A program made the position numbers and the translations under genes. A stretch of DNA of 62,518 nt, filler included, from Phoronis australis (taxonomy: Eukaryota; Animalia; Phoronida), in NCBI GenBank assembly GCA_002633005.1. It is 2 parts of 2 records of this genome, joined end to end, with 100 filler letters (N's around TTAATTAATTAA, not from the genome) between each part and the next. Parts side by side here need not be neighbours in the genome. Positions count along the whole stretch, not along the records: positions 31,224 to 62,518 come from NMRA01001209.1; 1 more part is not named here. The stretch is one strand, 5' to 3'. Position 1 is the stretch's first letter, and every line of letters starts with the position of its first letter. Under the pieces are notes generated by a model. The model was not told the origin of the DNA, did no database searches, and worked only from the letters and a program-made list of their open reading frames with translations. This document shows, one piece after another, positions 35,871-49,662 of the stretch.

Positions 35871-38004
35871 GACGAGTGACAATTGGCGAAATTTAAACCG
35901 ATGACGACAATGATTACGATGATGATGGTGGCGATGATGAACAATATGATAACATTTATATGATGAACGAAGTTATCAGAAATCAACAACAAATAGGCCA
36001 TAAGTCTTGTTCAATAGAGGGCAAACCTATAAAAATTGGTCAGGAACAGCATTATCAGAAAATGTTGAATAATTTGAAAAGTAGGTGTCCTAGCAAAAAA
36101 TGAAAAATATCTTTGAAAGCCCGTTTAAAACTCGATCCAACACAACAGCTTCACAAAATTTCATGAATTTTTCAAAAATTTTCCAAGTTTGCATTTTTTT
36201 AAAAATTGAAAGTCAAATAACTCAAAAACGGTAAATCTGAGAGAAACATTGTTGAAATGGTATACCTCAGAGAATCCACATGCAAAATTCATGTTATTTT
36301 CTCTTCCCATTTAAAATGGCACCAGATCCGTTATCTTGAAAGCAACTTCCGGTTACCTCAGCATTGGATAATGGCCTGTCACAGGAAACTAACACGTGAA
36401 AAATTTCGAAGCAATTGTTCCTACAATGCGCCCGCTACGTTTTCATTCCAAAATTGAGGTGTGCATGGGTATTGGCCAATATTTCCGCCGTCTTTATCCG
36501 GAAGTAAATAATTTCCGGCATATATGTAGTACACGTCAGCACCAATGACTACCGATTTTCAATATTCTACGTCAAAAACTGAGGCCTCCATGAGCACTTG
36601 AATCTGAAAACGAAAACAAAATGGCCACCACATCCGCCATTTTGAATCTGATCATGACGAAAAACAATAGGGTTCCAATACTTCCAAGAATACAGATTGT
36701 GTAAATTTCATGGAAATTGAATGAAAAATGCAACCTGTAGAGTGCGAACAAACAAATGAAAGCATTCTGAGGAGCGACACTTGGCAAAATTGATGGAAAA
36801 GGCGATGATGGAGATGACCACGACGATGATGATTATGATGAGGAAGTTGGCGATTATGAACAACACCATAACATTCATGACTAGCGAAGATGTCAGAAAT
36901 TAGTAAGAAACAGGCTACAGTCTTGAGGGACACTTTGCTGCAAAATTAACTGAAAAGACGACGACGGAGATTATGGTGAAGATGACGAATATGATGATGA
37001 TAGTGGTGGCGATGATGAACAGCATCATAACATTCTTATGACGAACGTAGATGTCAGAAATCAGTAAGAAATAGCGGGCTACAGTCTTGTTCAATAGAAG
37101 CTAAACTAACATCAATGCAGCAGCAGTGCTCTACAAAGAACAGCGCTATCAGAAAATCTGGAATAATTCAAACAGTAGATGTCCTTGCAAAAGTGGAAAA
37201 TATCTTCTGAAAAATTCTGTCTAACCTGTCAGTTTTGCGAAATTCCATAAGTTTTTTGAAAAAAATTGAAATTTTGTTTTTTTGAAATTCAAAGTCAAAT
37301 AACTCGAAAATGGTAAGTATAAGAAAAAAATTATTACAGACCATTTGAAAGTCTATACCTCAAAGAATCCACAAGAAAAAGTGCATGTAATTTTTTCCCC
37401 GTTTAAAATGGCACCTGAAAATGGGTCAAAATGTGCCAGATCCGCCATCTTGAAAGCAACTTCCAGTTTTTTGCACTAGGTAATAGCTTGTCAAAGAAAA
37501 CTAAAGCCTGAAAAACTTTCAAAGCAACTGGTCCTCTATTACGCCCTCTAAAGGAAAAAAACGTTTTTAGCCCAAAATTGAGGTGCGCGTGTGCAATTGC
37601 CAATATTTCCATCATCTTTGAACGGAAGTAGACAATTTTCGGTAGCACACTTCCAGTTTAATATTCTTACCGATTTTCAGCCCTGTACGTAAAAAATTAT
37701 AGCCTCCAGGAGCATTTGAATCTGAAATTGAAAACAAAATGGCCACCACATCTGCCATGTTGAATCTCATTGTGACGAAAAACAATAGGCTTCCAGTACT
37801 TCTTCTTAAATTACATGTTGCATGTAAATTTCTTGAGGATCAGACGGAAATTGCAACCTGTATCGTGCGAACAAACAAAAAAATTAGTGTCAGATAAATT
37901 TCGCCAAGTATGTTGCTTTGCTATCAAGTTTCTTTTTTACTTGGCGAAAAAATTTTTTGCCAAGCATGTTGCTTTGCCATCAAGTTTATTTCGCCAAGTA
38001 ATAA
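35871..38004 (-). mobile_element. HINE/DINE-1-like family A, internally dimeric copy (duplicated at 45756-47840)
   Basis: Two diverged ~0.9-1.1-kb units each homologous to 9183-10400; terminal TACTTGGCGAAA...TTTCGCCAAGTAATAA inverted repeat. Confidence 0.6.
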
Positions 38005-40034
38005 ACCAAGTTGCTTTGGATTTTAAAACCAGTACCACACTTGTTTAGTTCTAAAATGTTAATGAGATGGCAACTCATCACAGGCAATGGTTACACGCGT
38101 GAATTTGTAAGTCATAAATTTGGAGTTGGCCATTACCCTAAAGTTTGAAGCTGGTGGTTTTAATTTTCTTGTTAGGTTTAATAATGAAGTCACATCATGT
38201 AATTACCGTAAATCAAACTTTTTAGAAACACTGTTTGCTGTGCATTGTGGGTGCCTATCGATGCTTTGCATATAATTGCTCTTGTTTAATATCTCCTAAT
38301 ACAAAAGTGAATCAATTTAAAAACAATTACCGGTACTATTTATACAACTATTTTGGGGAACACTGCAGAAAGTTTTGTGTGAATCTGATCAGCCATTTCT
38401 GAGATATGATGTTTTGAAGTTAGCAAATTTCGGCCGTTTTTAGGTTACCACATAATCTTAAAGGCAGATTCACTGACTGGGGCTATTATAACAGTTTTAT
38501 CTGTCTGGTGCGAAGGATAATGATTGCATAACAGTTACAGTTATGGAAATGAAATGTACTGCACCGCAGCATCGACGCTGCGCTGTTAAATCCACCTATT
38601 AACTGCGATAAATTGGAATTGTTAACTTTGATCCAGGACCGAAGTGAAGCATTCATACTGACCGCAACTCCCCAAACCATCGGTGCGTCGACGTTAGTAT
38701 GAAAGGCCCTTTTGTTTTGTTTTATTTCACACAACCATTAATTAATTACTACGCATTTTATGCGCCCCATATTGTGTGCCCCCATCGGAAACCTCTCTCA
38801 TTTGCTCATTACTGCACTAACCACAACCTAACAGCTGATGGCCTCGAGACAGTAAAAAAATTAAGTAGTTATGGTATAGTCATTCTTTGCTGGACTTATT
38901 TGAGAGTTCAAAGCAATGTTCTGACAGCCACCGCCAACGTTTTCAATCTTCCGTTACATTAATGTTTGGCATCTTGGGGGAATGGTAGAAAATTTTAACC
39001 AGTTACGCAGCCCCACCTCTTGTGTTCAAGGACAGTTTATATTTGATTCTGTCAGTAACATCCTCCTCCGCACCGTGTTCATACACAGTTTTTTTTAGTT
39101 TCAGCACATTCAGAACAAAAGCATGACTCAAATTCTCATGGTGGGTGAAGACAGCTGAATCATAGGTGTCACCATGATCAGTCCACTCACCAGTTTGTGG
39201 CGATAACGTTTCAGTGAATATATATTGAAAATCAGAAAGCGCAACAGTTTGGTTACCTGCCAATAAACTTATTACCTGTTTGATGTGCTTTGATCCTTTA
39301 CTCTTGCAATTATATTTAATTCAGTACTGTTACCTGTGCAATTTATTTGACGATGTCAAAAACATCCAGTTGGCAGCCTTGTTATCTTATGGCCAAAGAC
39401 ACAAGTATTTGATCAAGCAGCCTATTATAGCTGGAATATTTATGACAAAAAATACAAAAGGTAGCCAGTGTATTTATTTCCAATCTACTTATTGCTTGGT
39501 ATGCTTTATTTTATCAATCAAAAGTCAATTGGTTGAGCTAAGTTCCATTAAAAGGTTGTTGTCTGTATGCCACATCATCCACAAGCTATCTTGTCATATT
39601 GATATACTTCCAATTCTTCACTTATTTAGCTCCCAATATTGCCATTAAATGTAAGTCTATTTCATTAAATTTCTCCACAAATACATTAAATACCCTAGGA
39701 AAATTTTGGTTTATTTCTAGTAAATAATTCGCAGTGTTAGGGTGACAAAAACAACATATTTTGACAAAGTTTCCATGATTATTTGCTGCAAAGTAATGGC
39801 CTTTGAGGTATGGAAAAACAACAATTTTATCAATTATTTCTATGTAAAATAAATGGAGAATTGCCAAAACTGTGCTTTCAAATGTTGTTTGGTTTCACCT
39901 CGTCTCTTCAAGTCACTCTCCACTCTTATTCTATCAATCATATTGCCTGTTATTTCTTTCTCAATAGGCTGTCTATCTTAGACTAAGTGTGCAAGTTTTT
40001 TTCGGTTTCCACATGCCTACAGGTTAATGATCCG

Positions 40035-40181
40035 TGTTGATGTGAATTTCTTGAACAACGTTCATACTTGTTCAGACCTGTGTGTTGATGTGAATTTCTT
40101 GAACAAAGTTCATAGTTGTCCAGACCTGTGTATTGATGTGAATTTCTTGAACAAAGTTCATAGTTGTTCAGACCTGTGTGT
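40035..40181. repeat. 48-bp minisatellite x3 (x2 at 49564-49662)
   Basis: Unit TGTTGATGTGAATTTCTTGAACAAAGTTCATAGTTGTTCAGACCTGTG. Confidence 0.9.
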
Positions 40182-40498
40182 TGAATATTGCGACACTTCA
40201 TTTTATTTTTTAAATATTCCTGACAGAATTTGAAATGGGACCAAGTTATCCGACTATTACCGGTGACGCAATATTTCATGGCGCCGAAAGCCATCGCTAA
40301 AGATCGCTCCACAACTTTAGCAGCAGAATAACGGTAGAACGCCATTTTTTCCAACACCATTAAATAATTTAGTTTACTCAATGAAGATTGTAGTTTTTAA
40401 TGACACCAATTTTGTGTCAGATTTTTTCTTACCACTTTTTTACCCACACAAGTGCAAAGCTGTATATTTATGTATACAGCTTTGTACCAAGGCTAGCC

Positions 40499-40767
40499 TG
40501 GACCCTGATCTAGAGAACCAGGCAATCACTGAATAACGGCCATTATTTAGTGGATGAAACTGGTTCTTTAAATCAGGGTCCATTATATCTGACTAGTGCC
40601 AACTCTTAATTGGTGAGCAGATTTTGGCCTACTGCCCATTTAACACACACCACTAGTCAGATATAATGGACCCTGATTTTGAGAACCAGTTTCATCCACT
40701 AAATAACGGCCGTTATTCAGCGATTGCCTGGTTCTCCAAATCAGGGTCCATTATATCCGACTGGTGG
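40499..40767. mobile_element. Two inverted copies of a ~118-bp palindromic MITE with CACTAG termini
   Basis: 40650-40767 has TIRs CCACTAGTCAGATATAATGGACCCTGAT / ATCAGGGTCCATTATATCCGACTGGTGG; 40499-40598 is a truncated reverse-complement copy 52 bp away. Confidence 0.8.
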
Positions 40768-41839
40768 TCACTACTCCACTAGTGCCAAAGAGTTTTCACC
40801 TCATCAAAAATACATTCTACACTTAAAACTATCACTTAAAACATGACGGCGTTTTCCCATTCAGTGACTTTATCAGGCGTAGAGGGTTGTGAGCATGTGA
40901 TAACATCTAGCTTTTTTGTTAATCATAACTGCCAAGCACGGTCTTTTGTCTGGGGGGACAGGGCAAAGTATTAGGCAAGATTTTACCCGCTAAATGCACC
41001 CTCGAACTGCCAAATGAAATCTGAGAGTGTTTTAGGGGGGCCATGCTCCCCTTGCCCCCCATCCCCTAAATCCACCAATGTTATCTTGCGGTATGATGTG
41101 AAATTTCTTCCTAGCTCGGGTGTATTTATTTCTTAGCTGATGTGTTGTCTTTGCTCTTTTCCTTTTAAGCTGTGTAATCCATTGTTTTCATGAATGGGGT
41201 TGATGTTCCTGTTCCATATGCTAACAACACACTTAAAAAGCAATATCTCTGTAGAAATTGATCCAAATTGCATGTAACACATATCACCATGTTTGTCTCA
41301 TTGAAACGAATCTTTTGATATGCAGGACATGTATACGAAATTATGTAGAAAGGCAGATATTTTACACATAATCGTTGCGTTTCAATGGCCATTTTCTCGG
41401 TAACCGCTCACCCAATTTTTATGATTTTTGCACCATTTCATTTCTCACACCAAGGGCTTTTCAAAATTGTATGACACATGGGCATTGTAAAAAAAAATAA
41501 AAAAAACGTGCTCCCTACCCGGAGCGAATTGATACGTTTGGAAAGAATAGATTGTCGTAACTTTTGTTGTCGTTGGGTGATTTTGGCGATTCAAAAACTA
41601 AACATCATCACCATTTGATGAGAATTTCAGAAATGCTATTATTTTTAACAGCACAGCCCAGTCTGGCTAGATAGGATCTTATTGGAGATTAGAGCAATTA
41701 TCAAACAAAAGAGAGCTGGCCCTCTAACCATAAATGACAGAATGGAGTTAATTAGTCATGTAAGATATTGGCTACATGGGTCATCTTCCCAACTTAGTGG
41801 GCTATAGAAGCGAACAAGTTGGGAGCAACAGTATCCAAC

Positions 41840-42960
41840 AGCTGCTGTGGCCCCTATTGGAATTCCTGATGGATTTTTATGAAATTTGGTAAATACGATT
41901 TCTATTGAAGAGGCGATGACATCTTTCTATTGTCAGATAGATTTCACATAGTGCATGTCACCTAGTGGCCGTTTTCATTGTTTTTGAGTCTGGTTTTGGC
42001 ATCTGGCTCTCTGTCGGCGCAACCAATTTGAGGATGATTATGAAAATTGATGCATATTTTTGTGACGACAATTTTTGCGCTGATTACTGTGGCGCCTCCT
42101 AGTGGTAGTTTTGTTTGTGTTGTGTCCGTGGCTGAATGATCTCTTAAACCCCCTGGATTATCGTTCTTGGCAAGTATGAAGGTGACAATGATGGATTACG
42201 ACGGTGTTCAGATGAATCAAACTCCTGCTGTGTCCCCTTGTAGCAATTTTATTTTTGTCCGTTTCCTCTGTATCTTAGGAGCTCCCTGATGGATTTTTAT
42301 GTAATTTGACAAATAGGTTTCTATTAAGAAGGCGATGACACTTTTTCATTATCAGATGAATTTGGCATAGTGTACGCCTCCCTTTTTTGAAATGTGTCAC
42401 TTTTGCACGTGGTAAATTAGAAAACTCACATGTAATATTCACATGAAACAAAATTTGGTCATATTGTGGATTAGGTTTTGTGATAAACTTAAGGCATAAC
42501 TTTATGGTTTTTACAAGTAGATCACATTATTTTGNGTAGTGGCTGTTTTCATTATTTTTGAGTCTGTTTTTGGCATCTGGCTCTCTGTCGGCGCAACCAC
42601 TTTGAGGATGATTATGAAAATTGATGCATGTTTTTGTGACGACAATTTTTGGACAGCGCTGATTACTGTTGCGCCTCCTAGTGGTAGTTTTGTTTTTGTT
42701 GTGTCCGTGGCTGAATGATCTCTTGAACCCCCTGGATTGTCGTTCTTGGCAAGTATGAAGGTGACAATGATGGATTACGACGGTGTTCAAATGAATCAAA
42801 CTCCTGCTGTGTCCCCTTGTAACAATTTTATTTTTGTCCGTTTCCTCTGTATCTTAGGAGCTCCCTGATGGATTTTTATGTAATTTGACAAATAGGTTTC
42901 TATTAAGAAGGCGATGACACTTTTTCATTATCAGATGAATTTGGCATAGTGTACGCCTCC
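41840..42960 (+). repeat. Family C (CTCF-like-motif) repeat units in orientation opposite to the 54.5-59.9-kb array
   Basis: CACCTAGTGGCC, GGCGCCTCCTAGTGG and TGTCCCCTTGTAGCAA units; a further opposite-orientation remnant at ~52480-52900 (GGTCCCCCTAGTGGCA). Confidence 0.7.
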
Positions 42961-43799
42961 CTTTTTTGAAATGTGTTTGCACATGGTAAATTAGAAAACT
43001 CACATGTAATATTCACATGAAACAAAATTTGGTCATATTGTTGATAAGGTTTTATGATAATTAAACTTAAGGCATATCTTTATGGTTTCTACAAGTAGAT
43101 CACATTATTTTGTTTCTTGCCAAAACATGAGTACAAACTTTAAAATTAGCGCAAAATGTAAACAAAGACATTGTATTAATCGCCGTTTCGATTGACTATC
43201 ACTAAACCATTCTCAAGACAAATGTTCTCAATACTCCAGTCAGATACACAGATGGAGAACAGTCTGCACAGGTACATGTTGTAATGCATTGTGATGGGAG
43301 AGACCAGAAATCAAAACAATTAGGAGCTCAAACGAACCAATATTTCAATTCAGATAGCGCTCAGCGTGATTGTGATTCAACCATACATGCATTTGAGCCT
43401 CCTTTGTGAGGGTGGCATTATTCTTGCCCTGAATGTGAACACCAGAGTGATCTATTATGGTGTGACCAGTGGTTAATCATTAAGAACTGCACTGTGTGTG
43501 TCTTTATAATGTTATAGCAAAACCCAAGAAGATGCTGTAAATGTTATGGACCATTGTTTAGTGTCTGTTGGGTCCAGCTGCTGGAGAGCAGGATCTGAAT
43601 GTATTTGCTTTAGGTGTATTTGCTGTTAACTCATCATCAGTAAACTGACATTCCAGTTTTTACATGGGTGTGATTAAGCAAATCTGATGACTGGGAACCA
43701 AACATTGTTTGCACAAAGTCTTCTTGTTATGGAAAGGCAAACAATTAGCCTTGACCTGGTCTACTTTGCATACAGCTCATGTTTCAGATGGCCAAAGGT

Positions 43800-46700
43800 T
43801 TGGCATTGATTGATGATAAAACCTGGTTGTCAGTGAAGAAAGATTTATGGGCAGACACTTGAGATATAAAAACTTGTCACTGTCCAGGAATAAATCTGAC
43901 TAAAACCCATGGCGTTAGGGTGAATGGGAGAATTAAAAAACCATCAGTACATCTCAACTTAGTCCATTTTCGTGTTGTGAAAGTGGAGACAGTGTCCTGA
44001 AGTTTGTCTTTGGGTTTAGTTGGCTCATTGTGGTACCGCTGAATGAACCTCCGTAACCCGTTGTTTTTGAAGCATCAAAATTGGTCCAGAAATGGTAAAG
44101 TTACAACTTGTGCTAGGTTTCAAGTCTAGTGCCGTGCACACGCAGACTTACCCTAGAACAAGTTACTCCAGGAATGAGTAACGTGTTCTAGGGTAACTTG
44201 TCCAACCTGTAATATCTCAGTATGGCCTCAAAAGTGGGGTAGGGTGGAAGTAATTACCAGCTATGACTACATACAGATGGTTTTCTGTTGCACATTGGCA
44301 TTAGGTGTTCATTGCCATGCACAGAACGACAATTTCTTCTGCCTTACTCTATAGTTATGGGATATATGTGCGTGTGGACACTCCCCTCTAAAGTAGGGTG
44401 CATGTTGTTCTAGGATAGGCTGTGTGGGAACCAGTCCTCCAACACACTGTCCAAACAACACATGGTTCACATACACTAACAACACCAATCTGCTTAGTGT
44501 ATTTACCCATAGGGCCTGAGGGGAATCATTAGAGGATAACCTAGTAACCTTACATAATGTTACATAACGTGTTATGAATAAATGATGTCTTCACAGTTAC
44601 ACTTTGAGTTTGAATATTTCTCCAAATGTGTTGGGATTTTATATCGAAGGAGTTTCCTGGAATTAACTTAAGATACTAGTGTTCCTAATTAAACCATTTT
44701 TTGCTTGTTTATGCCCCTAAAATTTTTAAACTTTTATGTTGAAAGGAACTGTTTGCTCTGATTTCTTAACACGTTTTGAGATATAGCTTTCACTGACACT
44801 GTGTTTGGAATAAATTCCATTCAGAGATACAGATGTTGCTATATATGCTGGGCTAGAAAAAACTTTTTTGCTAATAAATTTCAACATCACAACCATATTT
44901 TGCTTTCAACTTTTGAAATCTGAAGCAAAACTATGGTATTTTAAAAGTTTGTTATTACTTTATATTAAACAATTTCTACTAAGTAACATTACCGAAACAG
45001 GGTCAATTTGCCCCTTAGTTTGTTCTAAGTTTGAATCCTGCTGTCAGCAGTCAAGTTATTTCTCTACTACATCTTAAATCAGCTATTTACTTAGCCTGAC
45101 AGTTCAGGTATGCTGCAAACTGAGATTGATCTATCATACTAACAGCTGAGGCAGTGTGTTATTGAAAAACTGAATATGGAAACGGGATGAACTCATGTGA
45201 AGCCAGTGTATAATGTCTAGAGTGAAGCTGCTGTAATGTCCGAGGTCAAGCCTGTGTATTGAGTGAAGCTGGTGTAATGTCCCAGGTCAAGCCAGTGTAA
45301 TGTCTAGAGTGAAGCTGCTGTAATGTCCGAGGTCAAGCCAGTATAATGTCTAGAGTGAAGCTGGTGTAATGTCCGAGGTCAAGCCAGTGTAATGTCCAGA
45401 GTGAAGCTAGTGTAATATCCAGGAGAAAGCCAGTGAAATGTTTACATCAAGCTTTTTCAGGCACCCAACAATTGTTTGGATTAATAAATTTTTGAGCTCA
45501 GCAACTGCACATAATAACATGCCCTCCAGCTTGGATTTTGCTGCAGTGACATAATTTCCGATTTGACATATGTCTGTCACTTTGATGCGTCCACTTGCTA
45601 AACTAATATTCATTTTTGTAATTTTACTTTCAATTGATAGGCGTGAATGAATTATCAATGTGCTGGCTGTAATCTCTTTTCTCAAGGCTTATACTTATAA
45701 AGGGCATTCACCTGGTCACTGTTAAGCTGTCATTGTTGAATTCTGAAAGCACTTGGACGAGTGACAATTGGCGAAATTTAAACCGATGACGACAATGATT
45801 ACGATGATGATGGTGGCGATGATGAACAATATGATAACATTTATATGATGAACGAAGTTATCAGAAATCAACAACAAATAGGCCATAAGTCTTGTTCAAT
45901 AGAGGGCAAACCTATAAAAATTGGTCAGGAACAGCATTATCAGAAAATGTTGAATAATTTGAAAAGTAGGTGTCCTAGCAAAAAATGAAAAATATCTTTG
46001 AAAGCCCGTTTAAAACTCGATCCAACACAACAGCTTCACAAAATTTCATGAATTTTTCAAAAATTTTCCAAGTTTGCATTTTTTTAAAAATTGAAAGTCA
46101 AATAACTCAAAAACGGTAAATCTGAGAGAAACATTGTTGAAATGGTATACCTCAGAGAATCCACATGCAAAATTCATGTTATTTTCTCTTCCCATTTAAA
46201 ATGGCACCAGATCCGTTATCTTGAAAGCAACTTCCGGTTACCTCAGCATTGGATAATGGCCTGTCACAGGAAACTAACACGTGAAAAATTTCGAAGCAAT
46301 TGTTCCTACAATGCGCCCGCTACGTTTTCATTCCAAAATTGAGGTGTGCATGGGTATTGGCCAATATTTCCGCCGTCTTTATCCGGAAGTAAATAATTTC
46401 CGGCATATATGTAGTACACGTCAGCACCAATGACTACCGATTTTCAATATTCTACGTCAAAAACTGAGGCCTCCATGAGCACTTGAATCTGAAAACGAAA
46501 ACAAAATGGCCACCACATCCGCCATTTTGAATCTGATCATGACGAAAAACAATAGGGTTCCAATACTTCCAAGAATACAGATTGTGTAAATTTCATGGAA
46601 ATTGAATGAAAAATGCAACCTGTAGAGTGCGAACAAACAAATGAAAGCATTCTGAGGAGCGACACTTGGCAAAATTGATGGAAAAGGCGATGATGGAGAT

Positions 46701-49662
46701 GACCACGACGATGATGATTATGATGAGGAAGTTGGCGATTATGAACAACACCATAACATTCATGACTAGCGAAGATGTCAGAAATTAGTAAGAAACAGGC
46801 TACAGTCTTGAGGGACACTTTGCTGCAAAATTAACTGAAAAGACGACGACGGAGATTATGGTGAAGATGACGAATATGATGATGATAGTGGTGGCGATGA
46901 TGAACAGCATCATAACATTCTTATGACGAACGTAGATGTCAGAAATCAGTAAGAAATAGCGGGCTACAGTCTTGTTCAATAGAAGCTAAACTAACATCAA
47001 TGCAGCAGCAGTGCTCTACAAAGAACAGCGCTATCAGAAAATCTGGAATAATTCAAACAGTAGATGTCCTTGCAAAAGTGGAAAATATCTTCTGAAAAAT
47101 TCTGTCTAACCTGTCAGTTTTGCGAAATTCCATAAGTTTTTTGAAAAAAATTGAAATTTTGTTTTTTTGAAATTCAAAGTCAAATAACTCGAAAATGGTA
47201 AGTATAAGAAAAAAATTATTACAGACCATTTGAAAGTCTATACCTCAAAGAATCCACAAGAAAAAGTGCATGTAATTTTTTCCCCGTTTAAAATGGCACC
47301 TGAAAATGGGTCAAAATGTGCCAGATCCGCCATCTTGAAAGCAACTTCCAGTTTTTTGCACTAGGTAATAGCTTGTCAAAGAAAACTAAAGCCTGAAAAA
47401 CTTTCAAAGCAACTGGTCCTCTATTACGCCCTCTAAAGGAAAAAAACGTTTTTAGCCCAAAATTGAGGTGCGCGTGTGCAATTGCCAATATTTCCATCAT
47501 CTTTGAACGGAAGTAGACAATTTTCGGTAGCACACTTCCAGTTTAATATTCTTACCGATTTTCAGCCCTGTACGTAAAAAATTATAGCCTCCAGGAGCAT
47601 TTAAATCTGAAATTGAAAACAAAATGGCCACCACATCTGCCATCTTGAATCTCATTATGACGAAAAACAATAGGCTTCCAGTACTTCTTCTTAAATTACA
47701 TGTTGCATGTAAATTTTGTGAGGATCAGACGGAAATTGCAACCTGTATCGTGCGAACAAACAAAAAAATTAGTGTCAGATAAATTTCGCCAAGTATGTTG
47801 CTTTGCTATCAAGTTTCTTTTTTACTTGGCGAAAAAATTTTGGGGAACACTGCAGAAAGTTTTGTGTGAAACTGATCAGCCATTTCTGAGATATGATGTT
47901 TTGAAGTTAGCAAATTTCGGCCGTTTTTAGGTTACCACATACAGTAATCTTAAAGGCAGATTCACTGACTGGGGCTATTATAACAGTTTTATCTGTCTGG
48001 TGCGAAGGATAACGATTGCATAACAGTTACAGTTATGGAAATGAACTGTACTGCACCGCAGCATCGACGCTGCGCTGTTAAATCCACCTATTAACTGCGA
48101 TATATTGGAATTGTTAACTTTGATCCAGGACCGAAGTGAAGCATTCATACTGACCGCAACTCCCCAAACCATCGGTGCGTCGACGTTAGTATGAAAGGCC
48201 CTTTTGTTTTGTTTTATTTCACACAACCATTAATTAATTACTACTACACATTTTATGCGCCCCATATTATGTGCCCCCATCGGAAACCTCTCTCATTTGC
48301 TCATTACTGCACTAACCACAACCTAACAGCTAATGGCCTCGAGACAGTAAAAAAATTAAGTAGTTATGGTATAGTCATTCTTTGCTGGACTTATTTGAGA
48401 GTTCAAAGCAATGTTCTGACAGCCACCGCCAACGTTTTCAATCTTCTGTTACATTAATGTTTGGCATCTGGGGGGGGAATGGTAGAAAACTTTAACCAGT
48501 TACGCAGCCCCACCTCTTGTGTTCAACGACAGCTTATATTTGATTCTGTCAGTAACATCCTCCTCTGCACCGTGTTCATACACAGTTTTTTTTAGTTTCA
48601 GCTCAGCATTCTGAACAAAAGCATGACTCAAATTCTCATGGTGGGTGAAGACAGCTGAATCATAGGTGATCAGCCCACTCACCAGTTTGTGGCGATAACG
48701 TTTCAATGAATATATATTGAAAATCAGAAAGTGCAACAGTTTGGTTACCTGTCAATAAACTTGTTACCTGTTTGATGTGCTTTGATCCTTTACTCTTGCA
48801 ATTATATTTAATTCAGTCCTGTAACCTGTGCAATTTATTTGACACATGTCAAAAATGGCCAGTTGGCAGCCTTGTTATCTTATGGCCAAAGACACAAGTT
48901 TTTGATCAAGCAGCCTATTATAGCGGGTCCCGGAATATTTATGACAAAAAATGCAAAAGGTAGCCAGTGTATTTATTTCCAATCTATAATTTTCTGTCAA
49001 CTGTTTCCATACTTATTGCTTGGTATGCTTTATTTTATCAATCAAAAGTCAATTGGTTGAGCTGAATTCCATTAAAAGGTTGTTGTCTGTATGCCACATC
49101 ATCCACAAGCTATCTTGTGCATATTGATATACTTCCAATTCTTCACTTATTTAGCTCCCAATATTGCCATTAAACGTAAGTCTGTTTCATTAAATTTCTC
49201 CACAAATACATTAAATACCCTTATTTAGGAAAATTTTGGTTTATATCTAGTAAATAATTCGCAGTGTTAGGGTGACAAAAACAACATATTTTGACAAAGT
49301 TTCCATGATTATTTGCTGCAAAGTAATGGCCTTTGAGGTATGGAAAAACAACAATTTTATCAATTATTTCTATGCAAAATAAATGGAGAATTGCCAAAAC
49401 TGTGCTTTCAAAGGTGTTTGGTTTCACCTCATTTCTTCAAGGCAGTCTCCACACTTACTCCATCAATCATGTTGCCTGTTATTTCTTTCTCAATAGGCAG
49501 TCTATCTTAGACTAAGTGTGCAAGTTTTTTTTCGTTTCCACATGCCTACAGGCTAATGATCCGTGTTGATGTGAATTTCTTGAACAAAGTTCATAGTTGT
49601 TCAGATCTGTGTGTTGATGTGAATTTCTTGAACAAAGTTCATAGTTGTTCAGACCTGTGTGT
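43800..49662 (+). repeat. ~5.9-kb direct duplication, copy 2
   Basis: As copy 1; lacks ~400 bp (37957-38352 of copy 1); has more units of the ~23-bp minisatellite (45190-45440) and 2 rather than 3 units of the 48-bp repeat. Confidence 0.95.

Larger units (their letters stand above)
33995..40181 (+). repeat. ~6.2-kb direct duplication, copy 1
   Basis: Collinear with 43800-49662 from TTGGCATTGATTGATG to the 48-bp minisatellite; five ORF translations in the core are identical at offset 9885. Confidence 0.95.

Noticed and set aside
39983-40381. 132-aa ORF with 16-aa repeats
   Set aside because: Produced by the 48-bp minisatellite; not preserved in the duplicated copy and has no recognisable domain.
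41963-43112. ~575-bp tandem duplication as a biological event
   Set aside because: The two copies abut a single N (42535), typical of overlapping allelic contig ends joined by a scaffolder. The same pattern occurs on a small scale around the N at ~32428.
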